Shown in pieces: positions 52,402-64,000 of a DNA stretch of 64,000 bases. The position numbers were made by a program, and so were the translations under genes. How positions within the stretch are numbered: position 1 is the first letter of the stretch; each line of letters begins with the position of its first letter. The notes beneath the pieces are model-generated. The model searched no databases. It was not told the DNA's origin and saw only the letters and a list, made by a program, of their open reading frames with translations. This DNA comes from Tubulanus polymorphus (taxonomy: Eukaryota > Animalia > Nemertea), in the NCBI RefSeq assembly GCF_964204645.1, contig NC_134025.1, positions 9,362,001 through 9,426,000 of the forward strand. Direction: 5' to 3'.

Positions 52402-55400
52402 ATGGACGGCAAGAAATCTTCCCGATCTCCGAACCTTGACCGCACATCGCTGAAGTCGTTTCGCGACAAGAAAAAAGTCATCCAAATTCAACGCACGGAG
52501 GCGTCTGACACGGTATGTTATTTAAAAGTGAAATCTCAAAATATTTCTTACAGAAATGAACCGATCGATTTGTTCTGCAGTTTGAATCCATCCAATTAGC
52601 CTAATTGATAAATCTATAGAGATGTATGTCAAATTGCCACGAAAACGAACGAGCGTATGCTTCATTTGTAGTCTACAACCGTAAGTTAGGAAAATATCTC
52701 AATCATACACTAAGTCTTAGTTCATAGGTGACAGTTAGGGCTTGTCGATACCAAGTCCTATTCTTCTAGCTTGAACAAGCTGGTCCAGAATTTAGGGCAA
52801 CTTAAAGTTCAATTCGGCCTAAATTATTTCGAATTTGATTTTCTTTTCAAAGTCTTCAACCTTCAGCGCAGGTCATTGGTTCAATTATTAACTGCAACAA
52901 GCGGCTTCTGTTACTCGATAATTGAATGTAACCTTAGTGTTTGGTGACGTTTGATAATGAACTATTCAAGTCGTTGACCGCTGCCAGAATTTGCAATCAT
53001 TATTGTCTAATCAGCTTCTAAATTCCAATTATAATGAAGTAGCTTTGCGGCTCCCGTTTCAAGGATACGGTTACTTGTGTGCGTATTACGGTAAACATTA
53101 TTTATCGTTGTCTGCCGGCGCAAGTTTTGATTGGTCGCCACAATGCGAAGCAAGATTTATTCTGATTGCCAGATGAAACGCAGTCTGAGAGCAGTAGCAG
53201 TAAAGCACGTGTATAAGTAGTACAGTCGGGTTATATCAATTGAAAAGTTGTCATTTGTTATCGCTGTTAGGAATAAATCAAGGAAATCTTTTCAAATAGC
53301 CTATACATCTTGAACGTGTCAAGGACTTGACTATCTCCAACTGTTGTATTGAGCTTCGTTGCGTTGCGAAGGATGACTTTTTTGTAACCACCGATTGGAC
53401 TGATGAAATTATTCGTTATCAACACCGGGCTAGATCAGGGGTGTTATTAATAAAATGGAACATGTGTCATCGATTTTATATTGTCATCGAATAGTTTCAT
53501 GTGGTGTGTTATTGAATGCTGTTATATCACAGCTGTTTGAATCCTACATACGGTTCTCTCATCTCTGATCAGTAGTACCCGGTAGTAAATTGAGTGAGTG
53601 AGCGATTTTATATACTGAAAATTAGATAGCCGCGAGGATTATTTATTGTTGAATTTTACCATACGGCGTGCGGATTTTTAACGTGGCTTCCGGTTGATTT
53701 CAATCGAAGATTTCAAAAATATATCGATCAAAAGCGTCGGGCTAAGTATCTTGGAAATGTTTTTGACGACCGGCCACCGAGAACTGAAACAGAAAAGTCC
53801 GAAAATCTGTCGCAGTCGAAGTCCTTTGCCGTGGCGACGCGACAAAAATTCCAGCGCCCTGACCGGCGTTGCGGCTAGGTGTCGAAGTAAATCGTTAGGA
53901 TCTTTGGCCTTGCCGCTTACTTTACAATTGGCTCATATCGGGACTCAGTCGTCTAACCTGCGTAAATCTTTTTCCGGAATATCTGGACAGCAGGTAGGAA
54001 TTTTGTCGCTTGAATATAGCGTGTTGTTAGGTCCGTACCAGTAAGGACTACCAGGGTGGACTCTGTTAAATTTGGTTTATAGATAGGGACCCAAAAATTC
54101 TATTTCATCGCCAAAATTAGGACCACACCTAGCATTTGAGTTTTAGGGGGGGGGGGCAGAGGAACCCGAAAAAGTGTAGTTCTATAGGATATGACAATAA
54201 TTATTTGCAAAAAGGGTACTTTTCCAAAATCTCTGGGGGGCAATTGCCCCCCTTGCCACCTGCTAAATACGGCTCTGCAAATACCAATTAATTAAACCTT
54301 CTTCTTGTCATATTTTTTAACTGTGATGAGTTGGCGAATCTAATGTAGATTTGAATTCAGAGAGTTGCCAGGAATCTACCTGCCTCCAGAAAAAAGAATT
54401 GTCCTCTAGATATAAGATTTCAGTCAAGCTTTCGGGTGCATACATTGTATATCTATCTGATTGATGGAGGTGAGCCCATTGATTGGACAGATTTCAGTAT
54501 ATTTGCATTAAATCATGAACCTAAACAGCGACTGATGCGCGGCAATTTCCTGCCATAAACATCCATTTCAGACATTCAATCGTTCATTGCTTTTTTGTAT
54601 ATTCTGTCGATTTAGCGATTAGGCAGAGAGCTGAATTGTGATTAATATTTCGTAGTCACAATAGTTTGAATGGATACCGCATTCTCAAAATTGTCATGGA
54701 ACTTTTTTTGAAAAAAGATTTGGGCTTTGATCGGGATACAGGGTTTATGTTCGATGTTGCTCACAATATAGCCTATACCACCAGTATAAACGGAAACAGC
54801 GCGAACTGAAAATCATTTCATTTCCGCATCGAAGATCGATCGTAGACTTTAGAAAAAACAAATAGTCGATGGGTTGATCAAGATTTTAAGAAGTTGTCTG
54901 TCATTAATTGCTGCGAAGTTGAAATTGAGTGAAGTTCCTGTCATAGAATAACAGACAGAACTGGGCCAATAAACGAATATAAGTCTGAATTTTGTCGAGA
55001 ACTTTCAAAGTAATTACATTTCAGTGACATTATCAACGATACAATTTGAAAAAATGATTAGCCAAACTGTTCACCGGTATTCTGCGTCGACATCCCTTTA
55101 AGGCAAACGACTGGTGAAGATGTTCGAGACTGGCAGCCGAGACTTGCGAGTTGCGTTGATTAGATTGTGGAGAAACACCTTTTACTACTCATAAATCCCG
55201 TCGTATTCAATTATTCATACAATGTCTTCTTCCCCATACATGCATTGCCGGAGCGATAACGTAAAAGTTTGGTCTCCGATCACGAGAGCGATCGCTGGAT
55301 ATTTCTGGATCATTTGATCGAGGAAATGCGCGGTCCCGTGAATATCTGCTGGTCATTTTGTGTGTGTGTGTTGATGTGGTTCGGAATCTACGGTATAAGC

Positions 55401-58400
55401 TGTAAGAGTTATAAGCTGTAACTGTTTGAATATGTGACATTGCCTTACAAATCGGCGTGTAAGTTTTAACGAATCCATGGTTTACGTACTAAAAGCCTCG
55501 ACCACACTACCAATAGTAAGACCGGTCTAAGTGGGTCCCGTACCCGGAACGGGCAAAATTTGTATCATAATGAAAGATTTACGAGTCCCTGGCTGTTATA
55601 AATTTAAAGAATTTTGATGAATGCAATTTATCATATATCTGGATACATCAATCTGTGGTAAATTCTAGGACATTTTCAAAAATAGCTTATCTTCAAGCAA
55701 CACACGCAATAGACAGATTTTAAGATGAATAATATTCCATTAGCCTATACATCATTTTTTAACGCAATGTAGAAATTATACGATATCTGTAAACTATATC
55801 AATCGGCTTGATGTTGAATTGGTGATGTGTAATAATTGAATTCATACTTCAAGAGTACGATTTAGAACCAACCTGGAACCAGTTTCAGTCCAAATTTTAA
55901 ACGGACCTGGTTCGGTCCAAAATGGATCGAACTAAAATGGAACACACTTTTGCATGCGAACGCTCGATTTGGTCCAAATTGGAACGGGCCAAATTTAGAC
56001 CGGTGTTGAACGCGCCTATCAATTCATTGATTTGCCGGTTCGAGCACATACCAGAGTTGACAGGGTTAAGACAAGTGATGAAGCAGACACGTGGACACTC
56101 GAGTTGATTACAAACTGTGTTCTATCCACTAGTTCTCTCCTGGCTCACTGACTCTTGCCTTATGTAGTAATTCAATTATTTACTGAATCATATGGAAATA
56201 GTATGGTCATTCATCTCACACCATCCTCGGATAATCAAGTGGCTGGACTACGGTGACAAATTAGAGTCCTGTCGGAATAAATAAATCGTGTACGAATCGG
56301 GCCAAATGGAAGTATCTTCCGTAGATAGCGATAATGTCCCAGTTCATTCAGATTGTCTTTTAAAAGTTATGATCAACTCAATATTAGAATAGGAACATAT
56401 GGTAATTTCGGAGTTTGAGCCTGAGCCCCGAGAACCGCTATCGCCTGTAGCTCGTTTTCAATATTGAATGATCATACTTATATTCGTCGATCTGTCTTTT
56501 GATATAAGAATATATTGTGTTTTTGTGGCGGCAGCGTTTGTGTGTGTGTGTGTGAGTGCTATTCTTGTGTGTGATTGATAGCAATTTATCCGTTTTTCGC
56601 CCCATTGGTATTCGTCCGATGTAAATACATTGTGACATTATGCGTTCGCGGTTAAAACGCATAGAATGGTAAGACGCAGCTTTGCGGTAAAAATACACAT
56701 TTTTCGCAATTTTCTATCGAAACTTTTGGAACATTGCAGGAGGGCAGCGAAGATGCCTCGTCGCTGGACAGTTTACAGTACATCGAAGTCAAAGAGAAGC
56801 ATTCGTCGAAACGCCAGAAATCATACGGAGATTGGGAAGTGATCGAGGGTCTCAAGGACGGCCAGAAATGCGATAAGCAACCGCGCAAATACGAGGGATT
56901 GATGCTAAAACGACGAAAATGGCCGATGAAAGGCTGGCACAAGGTAATTTATCATTTGAAAGATAGGTGTGACGTATAACTCATCACCGGAGTCGAGAGG
57001 CCATTGATAGTCTTACGATGCCCATTCCGTGAACATGCATATATGCATGGGGCGAGCAATAGGTTGACGATCAATAGAAATCGATAAACACCTGTCAAGT
57101 ACTTCTTTAAACAGAGTAGCTCTCAACTCAACCGAGCTGATTTACAGTTTTTTTCGCCATTTTCGCTTGAATTTTCCACTTCATTTTGCGGTCGTAATAT
57201 GTAATCGATTGAATATTTAAGCGCTTGGTTTCGTTGATACGGCGAAATGTATAATACCCCTCGGTGTATTGATAGTCAACCGGTATTCGTTTCGATGTTA
57301 TTTGATCGTAATATACCCTGATTTATGTTCTGTTTTTTTTTTCTGCTTTTTTCCAAACTCGCGCGATACGTTTAACTATATGGTAATAGATCATCGGCGA
57401 TCGTGCCGACGCGGTAGATAATGCGACGTCGAGCCGTGGCGATGTGTAATTCAACATCGAAGCTTCCACCCATATAAAGTTACTCGGTTATAATCCTATT
57501 GGCTAAGTAAATCATATGGTCAGAATCCATTAGCAGGATTATCCATTATTCGCTGCTGGGTGGCTATGTGGTATCGACGACGGTATATTTTGACGGCGTT
57601 TCGATGAAAAGTGTAGCGTATTACCGATCAGCGGGGCGTCATTTGCTAAAGTAGAGGCAAGCTGAGCGCTGTATTCAAAAAGGGATCGATTTTGAAAATT
57701 TTATTCAAATTCTATTTAAAAAGGAAATCAGTTTTTAGGGTTCTTTGAGTACAGCCTTGTTAAACTTGGGATGCGGCCTCGACACTTTTTGTACATTTCC
57801 GATTGATTTATATTTGTCTGGTTGTATTCTCTTCTGTACGTAACATTCGTGTGTAAATAAATTTCAATTCCAAGGAGGATATTGGACTCCTAAAGTCCGA
57901 TGTGTTACCTCAAATTTAACATGATAAATATGCTAGATTTCTTAGGCGCATTATGTTAGAATGTACCTTAGGTAGAGGTGATATAGTTTCGACCAACTCC
58001 CTCTTGGATTAGGTAATTTTCTACCCGCCAACTTATTTGCCGCCTCTAATACGGACTATCAAATAGTATGTACACGTTTAAAGAGTACCTTTCATCTTAG
58101 TAGAGAGAATACTGAATGTGATTTAACATTTCTTTTGGGCGTGTGAAGCCCATTAAGGGGTCTACAGCCGCATTTGGCTTTTTATACATCTGGCTACATA
58201 CAGTGGTAGACTCCGTTCAAGTCAGATCTGATCAGCTCAGATAACCATTGAACTTGGATGTTTATTGAAATATTTTTATGACACTTTTTATGAAATACAT
58301 AACTAACATCCAACTCGGATATCACGTAAGTCAGACACATTTTTACCGTCCCATAAGATCCGACTTGAGCGGAGTCTACTGTATATAACTACAAAACTAT

Positions 58401-61400
58401 AATGTTTGTGTATTTGTTTTAGTATTTGGCGAATAAATATCCATCTAATGAATAAAAGATACCGTTATCTACCAAATCGTCATTCGATTATTCTGTCAAT
58501 TTATATTTCTAGCGTTTTTTCGTGTTGGAAGATGGAATACTCACCTATGCAAAATCTTCGAGTGATGTAAGTATATATTGAATGTTAACTGTAAAGAGCT
58601 TTATGCAAGGAATGCTGTGCCTGTTATTATACGGTATTACTGATCAGCGATTAACCCTTTCAGTGCTGGCTAATCAATACCCTATAGTGCTGAAGATAAT
58701 TTGAAAATTCTGAAAAATAACACCCTAGTGTGTTGAATAACGGGAATAGCACTATAGTGCGTCTACACCCTGGCGCGGTATATCGTTAGTTACTAATATT
58801 TCACTATGTTTGGCAGGTGCTGCCATCTTTCAAGGGAGATATTTAGTAATTACTAATTAAATCAATACACCGTAGTGCGGTGTACTAGCAAAATCCATCA
58901 CTGATTCGTACACCGCACTGCGGTGTAGATGCACTGAAAGGGTTAATCATCTTAACAGTGTTATTATTGTAGATAAATAAGGGTAAAATCCACGGTGCAA
59001 TAGACATCGGGCTATCTGTGATCTCGTTCAAATCTAATGGTAACCGTATCGACATTGATGCTGAAGAACTCATCTATCACCTGAAGGTAAGTTGTCGCGT
59101 CTTCTTGCAAGCGATTTTCTGTCTTGACAGTTTTTTTTCCGCGATAGCCGGTATTGAATTTAACACAATTTCGGTCATGCAACGGGGCTTATTAGTGCTT
59201 TGGTAGTGTTTTCTTTTCGATATCTTTTGGGTTTGGAGAACGAATGTACAGAAAACAGATATTAATCGATGCTGATATTTTCTCTGAAATTGCGCCTGAC
59301 CCCACAGTTTCGCTTAAGAGTGTCATGCTCCAGTGCTATGATTGATAAGTTGAAGAAATCAATTTTTGTGATAAGCAATTTGCCTGTAGCCTATGAGACC
59401 TTAAAATACATTATTGGTAGTTAGCATAGGCATAAGCTGTTCACACGGGTGCCAAATGGGCCCATACCTGTTTGGGCCAGGCTAAATTTGGTCTGACCAA
59501 AAATGGACCAGGCCCAACCAAATTTAAGTGCGGAACAAATTATTGCGTTTGAATTGCAACTGGTTACGGAAATGACTCACTTTGCCTTGTTTAAGCATTG
59601 TTTAGTATCAAGTGAGTGGTATGTGTGTGAGTGCGCTCTCTAATTATATACGGGCCAAATCGTCTCCAAGTGATTGCGGCTTTAGTTTAGGCTGCAGATT
59701 AAAGCCCGCGTTTGGATGGTTTTAGAATAACTTTCAGTAAAGCAACATTATTGAACTTAGATTGTGGGTAGCCATTGCATTGTGGAAATGAACACTTCTT
59801 CATTTTCATAAACCATCATATTTATTGGTTATTTCGGTTACGGTTATAGTGTTTCACACTCGACGGGACATTTCTTTTATCATACGCTTGCAACAACGGG
59901 GCTTTTTTACCAATTGATTATATCGGTATTTGTTTACACGTATACACACACACAGGTTAAAGGTGCCGAATTGTTTCGCAACTGGATCGAGCGTCTCAAA
60001 TATCATCGTTTATATCGACAAAACGAGATCGCTTTCGGCTCGGAGAAGGCGCCGAAACTTACCGATTTATCGTCCCCGGTCGATGACGGCGTGTGTCCTT
60101 TGTCTCCTTTATCTCCTGGTAAGTCTATTTGAGGTTTATGAAAACGCTGTCCGATTTCTGTTTGGCCCCTTTTTTGATTACTTGGATTACGGATTTTTTA
60201 AAGAAAAAAAAGTGGGAGGGCAAATTAAGATAAATTCTATTGCAGGCGTTTTAATAGTCAAAATAGTCAAAAATAGATATTTTTCATTATTCAAGTATTT
60301 TCCAACATAGAATCTTGGAAGGACTGCAGAATGAAATAAAAAAGGAGAGGAAATTGTGAGGAATTGAATTCAAATGATGGGAGAGATGAGGAAAACTAAC
60401 TATTTGCAAATAACTAGATAAAAAAATACTTTTCTTTAAAAAAAGAGTAAATTTTTCTTTTTGAATTTGATGTTTTTTGTGCAATTCATGGAGGCAGTCC
60501 GTACTCCAAGTAATTTACAAAAGAAAGCCATTGTTTGTTTGATGGTGTAGCATTTCAAAATAAACATGACCATTTTTGTCTTTATCATTGTTTTTATGTC
60601 AATATTGTGTTCAAGCCTTTGGAAAAACTGAAGTATCATAACTTGATATATAATGTATTGTATAAAAGTTGATAACACCTATCCTCAAAACAAAGGCAGT
60701 ACTTATCGCTAAAAATATAGCTGTTTAAGGCAAAAACAATTTGCACTTGTATTTCATTTTGCGCCCAATGCTGTCATTTTTATCTGCACGCACTTTCTTA
60801 GATTAGCAGTTCATACGAAAATGATGGTTATTTACTCTCATGTTTCTTTTTTAAGACAAAATTATTACAGACTTTAGACTTCTTTAAATAACGGTCCTTG
60901 CTCGATATACGTAGAGTACTTTTGTATTCATTAAATGACACCGTCATATCTGCACTTTCTAAGCGATTTATCTTAAAATAGCAGTCTTTCCCTAAGTGAT
61001 GGTTATTAGCTCTCGGCAAAATTATGACATTACATTTTCATCCGCATCCTGTAAGACATTAGACTTCTTTGAATAACAGTCCTTGCTCGATATGCGTGCG
61101 TGCGTGCGGCTCTTTTTATTCATTAAATGACACCATCGTAACTGTGAGGCATTGCAGGGCTCGAAATAAGTTACAGCTCTTCGTATAGATATTTATTTCT
61201 TCGAAGTGAAGTAGTTTATACCTGTGTTAACGTCGAGCTCGTATGTGAACTGAACTGAATGCTTTCGTTGTCTGTCCTCGGTACATTACTCAATCGCACG
61301 CAACGTGCATTGCACCACCGCTTGTATTATCTGCTCTGCTTGACTCAACAAATCAATGCCAACAATCATTCACCATAGGGTGGTTTTTTCTTCGGTATTA

Positions 61401-63187
61401 TTGTCGTTGTTTTGTTGTCGGTAGTCGGCCCGTATGAGAGTATACTGCGATGGAAGTTTATAGATATCAAAGCCTCGTCCAGCGACTCTATACCGGTATA
61501 GATTCGACCTATTTTGACTTTTCAATAATTCATATAGTATCGTAATAAGCCAAAGTATAAGTGTTTGCGATTAGAAAAAATTTTCATGAATTGCGGCGTT
61601 GAATTTTTATCTATCAGGTAATGATGTCCGAGGTGATCTCGGTCGGACGCTCAGTCTGCACGGGAAGGATCGAACGAACAGTTTCAAGTCGACACGCAGT
61701 GGAAGTTTTATGGGAGCATCTCCGTGTAGGGTTACAACCTGGTTACTGGATTCAGCCGGAATTGAACAATGCAGTAAAGGTAATTTCTGTCTATATTTTG
61801 AAAGCGATCATCGATCATTTATTTTAGCGTTATTTACGTGATTAGTACGAATGATATGCAATATGAACTTAAGCATTCGTCCTTCTTTTCAGCGATGAGG
61901 CTAAAGATCAAATAAAAGCAAACGTAATTTCATGTTTCCTTATTGGGTCTCTACATGAGGACCCTTCCAATACTCTTCAATTCAATTATCAAGAAGTTGC
62001 CTAGTGATTTAATCCATTTTCAGTGATAAAAAAGTAAATAACAGGGTTCTTACGGGTTTTGGAAAATGGGAATTTTCCCCCAGGCCCTTAAAAAGCTATG
62101 AAAATTTTGTTTTTTCTCTGGTTATAGAAAAGGTATGGAAAACGGTCCTGAAATATGCTATATGTCTTATTGTCTTATAAACCATTTTCATAACAACAGG
62201 AAGTCACTTTCCAGAATACATTTTTCATAGCTTCAAATTTGGCAAAAGAAATATTAATGGAAACACTTTGTCAATGCTATCGATTGGCTCTTATTTACTT
62301 TGGATGGGCCTACATTGCCTGTTCTAGGTTGTTGATATCATTGAAGTAAGTTTATAGGTCCATGGCGATATGTAACTTAGGGCTATGGAAAATTTGTAAT
62401 CTGGATATGGTTAAAAGGTATGAAGGAGGTGTGGAAAATTTAACTGGCCAACCCGTAACAGCCCTGAAATAACTAATCGATTAGATATCACCGTTTGATG
62501 TAGGATTTCTTTGCTGGTAAATATACCAGGACTCTAAATCCATGTTACATTTGATTTCAGACTTGACGATCGCTCAAACGAAATTGTACGAGTTGTCGCA
62601 GTTGTTGACTCAGCTGAAAACCCAGCCAGTCGACCTACACAGCGAAGTGAGTTTGAATTTATATACTAGATATCTCGGGGGAAAAAATGGTTCTCTTATT
62701 TCTGTTTACTATTTAATAAAGTTATGCTTATCGAACACTGTCCATATCTGTGTGAATTCTATGTATGAAAAAGGCGAGTGTAAGATTTGGTGTTTCTCTT
62801 TTTATTGCAAAATTAAATTCAAAACAACATTTAAGTGTTAAATGATTGGAGACGACTTGAAATTTGGGATTTGTTTTGTTGCACCATACTTCATAGAATA
62901 GGATTTGCATAGGTATGGAATTATTATGGCTAAATTAGTGGCCGCACAAACAAATGCTTCATTAACGTCTAACATTATCATCATCTTGATATGAATATGA
63001 TACATCTATAAACACGTATATGTTTCTTTCTAACCATTCTAACAAGCAGCATAATGTGGAAACGTCTAGTTCACCGAAACGTGACAAGGGTGGGTTAAAA
63101 ATGGCTTTACGCAGCAGGGGCAAGCGCGACAAATATCGCACTACGAGTCAGAGCAGCTCGAATTCTAGTCAGCCGGACCGTGTTTCC
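52402..63187 (+). CDS. OSBPL6: Oxysterol-binding protein-related protein of the ORP3/6/7 type; N-terminal part with PH domain, continues past the right edge
   Basis: Exons 52402-52512 (or 53757-53993), 56740-56943 (DWEVIEGL..EGLMLKRRKWPMKGWHK), 58513-58566 (RFFVLEDGILTYAKS), 58973-59086 (KIHGAIDIGLSVIS..RIDIDAEELIYHLK), 59956-60118 (WIERLKYHRLYRQNEI), 61618-61779, 62561-62646 and 63047/63050-63187, with matching phases. Orthology among OSBPL3/6/7 is not resolvable here. Confidence 0.85.
58201..58381. mobile_element. Tc1/mariner-like MITE
   Basis: TA-CAGTGGTAGACTCCGTTCAAGTC...GACTTGAGCGGAGTCTACTG-TA. Confidence 0.8.
58655..58942. mobile_element. piggyBac-like MITE
   Basis: TTAA-CCCTTTCAGTGC...GCACTGAAAGGG-TTAA. 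Confidence 0.9.
59432..59683. mobile_element. Harbinger-like element, inverted sibling of 32409-32696
   Basis: GCTGTTCACACGGGTGCCAAATGGGCC...GTGATTGCGGCT. Confidence 0.65.
60874..61140 (+). repeat. Local ~80-bp direct duplication
   Basis: TTAGACTTCTTTRAATAACRGTCCTTGCTCGATAT..TATTCATTAAATGACACC occurs at ~60874 and ~61059. Confidence 0.75.
62042..62466. mobile_element. hAT-like MITE with a 6-bp TSD
   Basis: AAATAA-CAGGGTTCTTACGGGTT...AACCCGTAACAGCCCTG-AAATAA; internal TATGGAAA repeats. Confidence 0.7.
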
Positions 63188-63757
63188 GTAAGTATCTCAA
63201 ACAGTGAGGAGCTACAAGAGTTGCACTTAGAGTCGGTGCATGCAGCGCTTGAATTTGTTATAGTATATGGCTTGGCATGATGTAGATTTTAAACGAAAAT
63301 AGAAAAGGGAGCGAGCACGCTAGAAAAATACGAATCACCCTCTATTCGACAAAATTCTGGTTAACGCAACGAAGGGAAAATTGACTTGCAGATTTATTAT
63401 CTCGTCATCTTCTAAGTAAACGCCAGGATCTCGCGGGGATTACCGGTAGTTTTAATTACGCGGGAAGACGAAGTGATTTCTTTATCGACATTGATCTGTT
63501 TTTCATTAATCAAACACGGTAGAACTCGTGGATTAGAAGCGGTTTGAAAAGCGGCAATAAAACATAATCACGCTTATTATGTAATGAATCGAAACAACTG
63601 ATGTAAAGAATCCTTGCGAAGTATACACGCTACCTACGAACGAAAAGTTACTAGTTGATGCAATTTAAACTTAGGGGTTAACTCTCCAAGAAGAAGTAAA
63701 AGCTGTTTTCTAAACTGGCGCTTAATCACAACTTACGGCTTGTTACGTCGTACCCCA

Positions 63758-63831
63758 GTTACCATATCAACATCAAAGTGTTTTCTTGAAGTCTCTAACT
63801 GTAATTATTGTTTATCGGTTTCTATAGCAAC
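63758..63831. promoter_or_regulatory. Pair of RFX X-box motifs
   Basis: GTTACCATATCAAC (63758-63771) and GTTTCTATAGCAAC (63818-63831) match the consensus GTTNCYATRGYAAC with one mismatch and none, respectively. Confidence 0.5.
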
Positions 63832-64000
63832 GTAAATGTTCATTTCACAGCCCGTTGATGCAGCCATTATCAGGCAAAATATCAAAGATCAACAAGCTTT
63901 TCATCTTACTAAAATTACGTCAATTTGAGTTGTTTTTTTTTAATGCGGTTATGAAACACAGTACCTCGCTGAGTGATGAATATACACTACACGAGGGAAT

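Overview
AT-rich, intron-dense animal genomic DNA; it looks like an invertebrate, but the species cannot be fixed from the sequence. Genes in order: a divergent prolyl 4-hydroxylase alpha-like gene (minus, runs off the left edge) whose Fe-binding His is replaced by Phe; an orphan 267-aa single-exon ORF (plus); a complete papilin with 11 Kunitz domains plus antistasin-like, WAP, Ig and PLAC modules (minus); a complete RALGAPB with lineage-specific cassette exons (minus); a caspase-8-like gene with two DEDs and QACQG (plus); and the 5' part of an OSBPL3/6/7-type gene (plus, runs off the right edge). The 38-52 kb interval is packed with non-autonomous DNA transposons, several nested. Two stand out. 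One is a ~4-kb TIR-bounded element whose body is a 15-core, ~190-bp satellite carrying the same GACCTG-N6-CAGGTC motif as its TIRs. The other is an 848-bp TAG...CTA element with a perfect 9-bp TSD whose ~730-bp cargo resembles a bidirectional promoter and lies between the divergent RALGAPB and caspase-8 genes. Exon coordinates were read by eye and may be off by a few bases.
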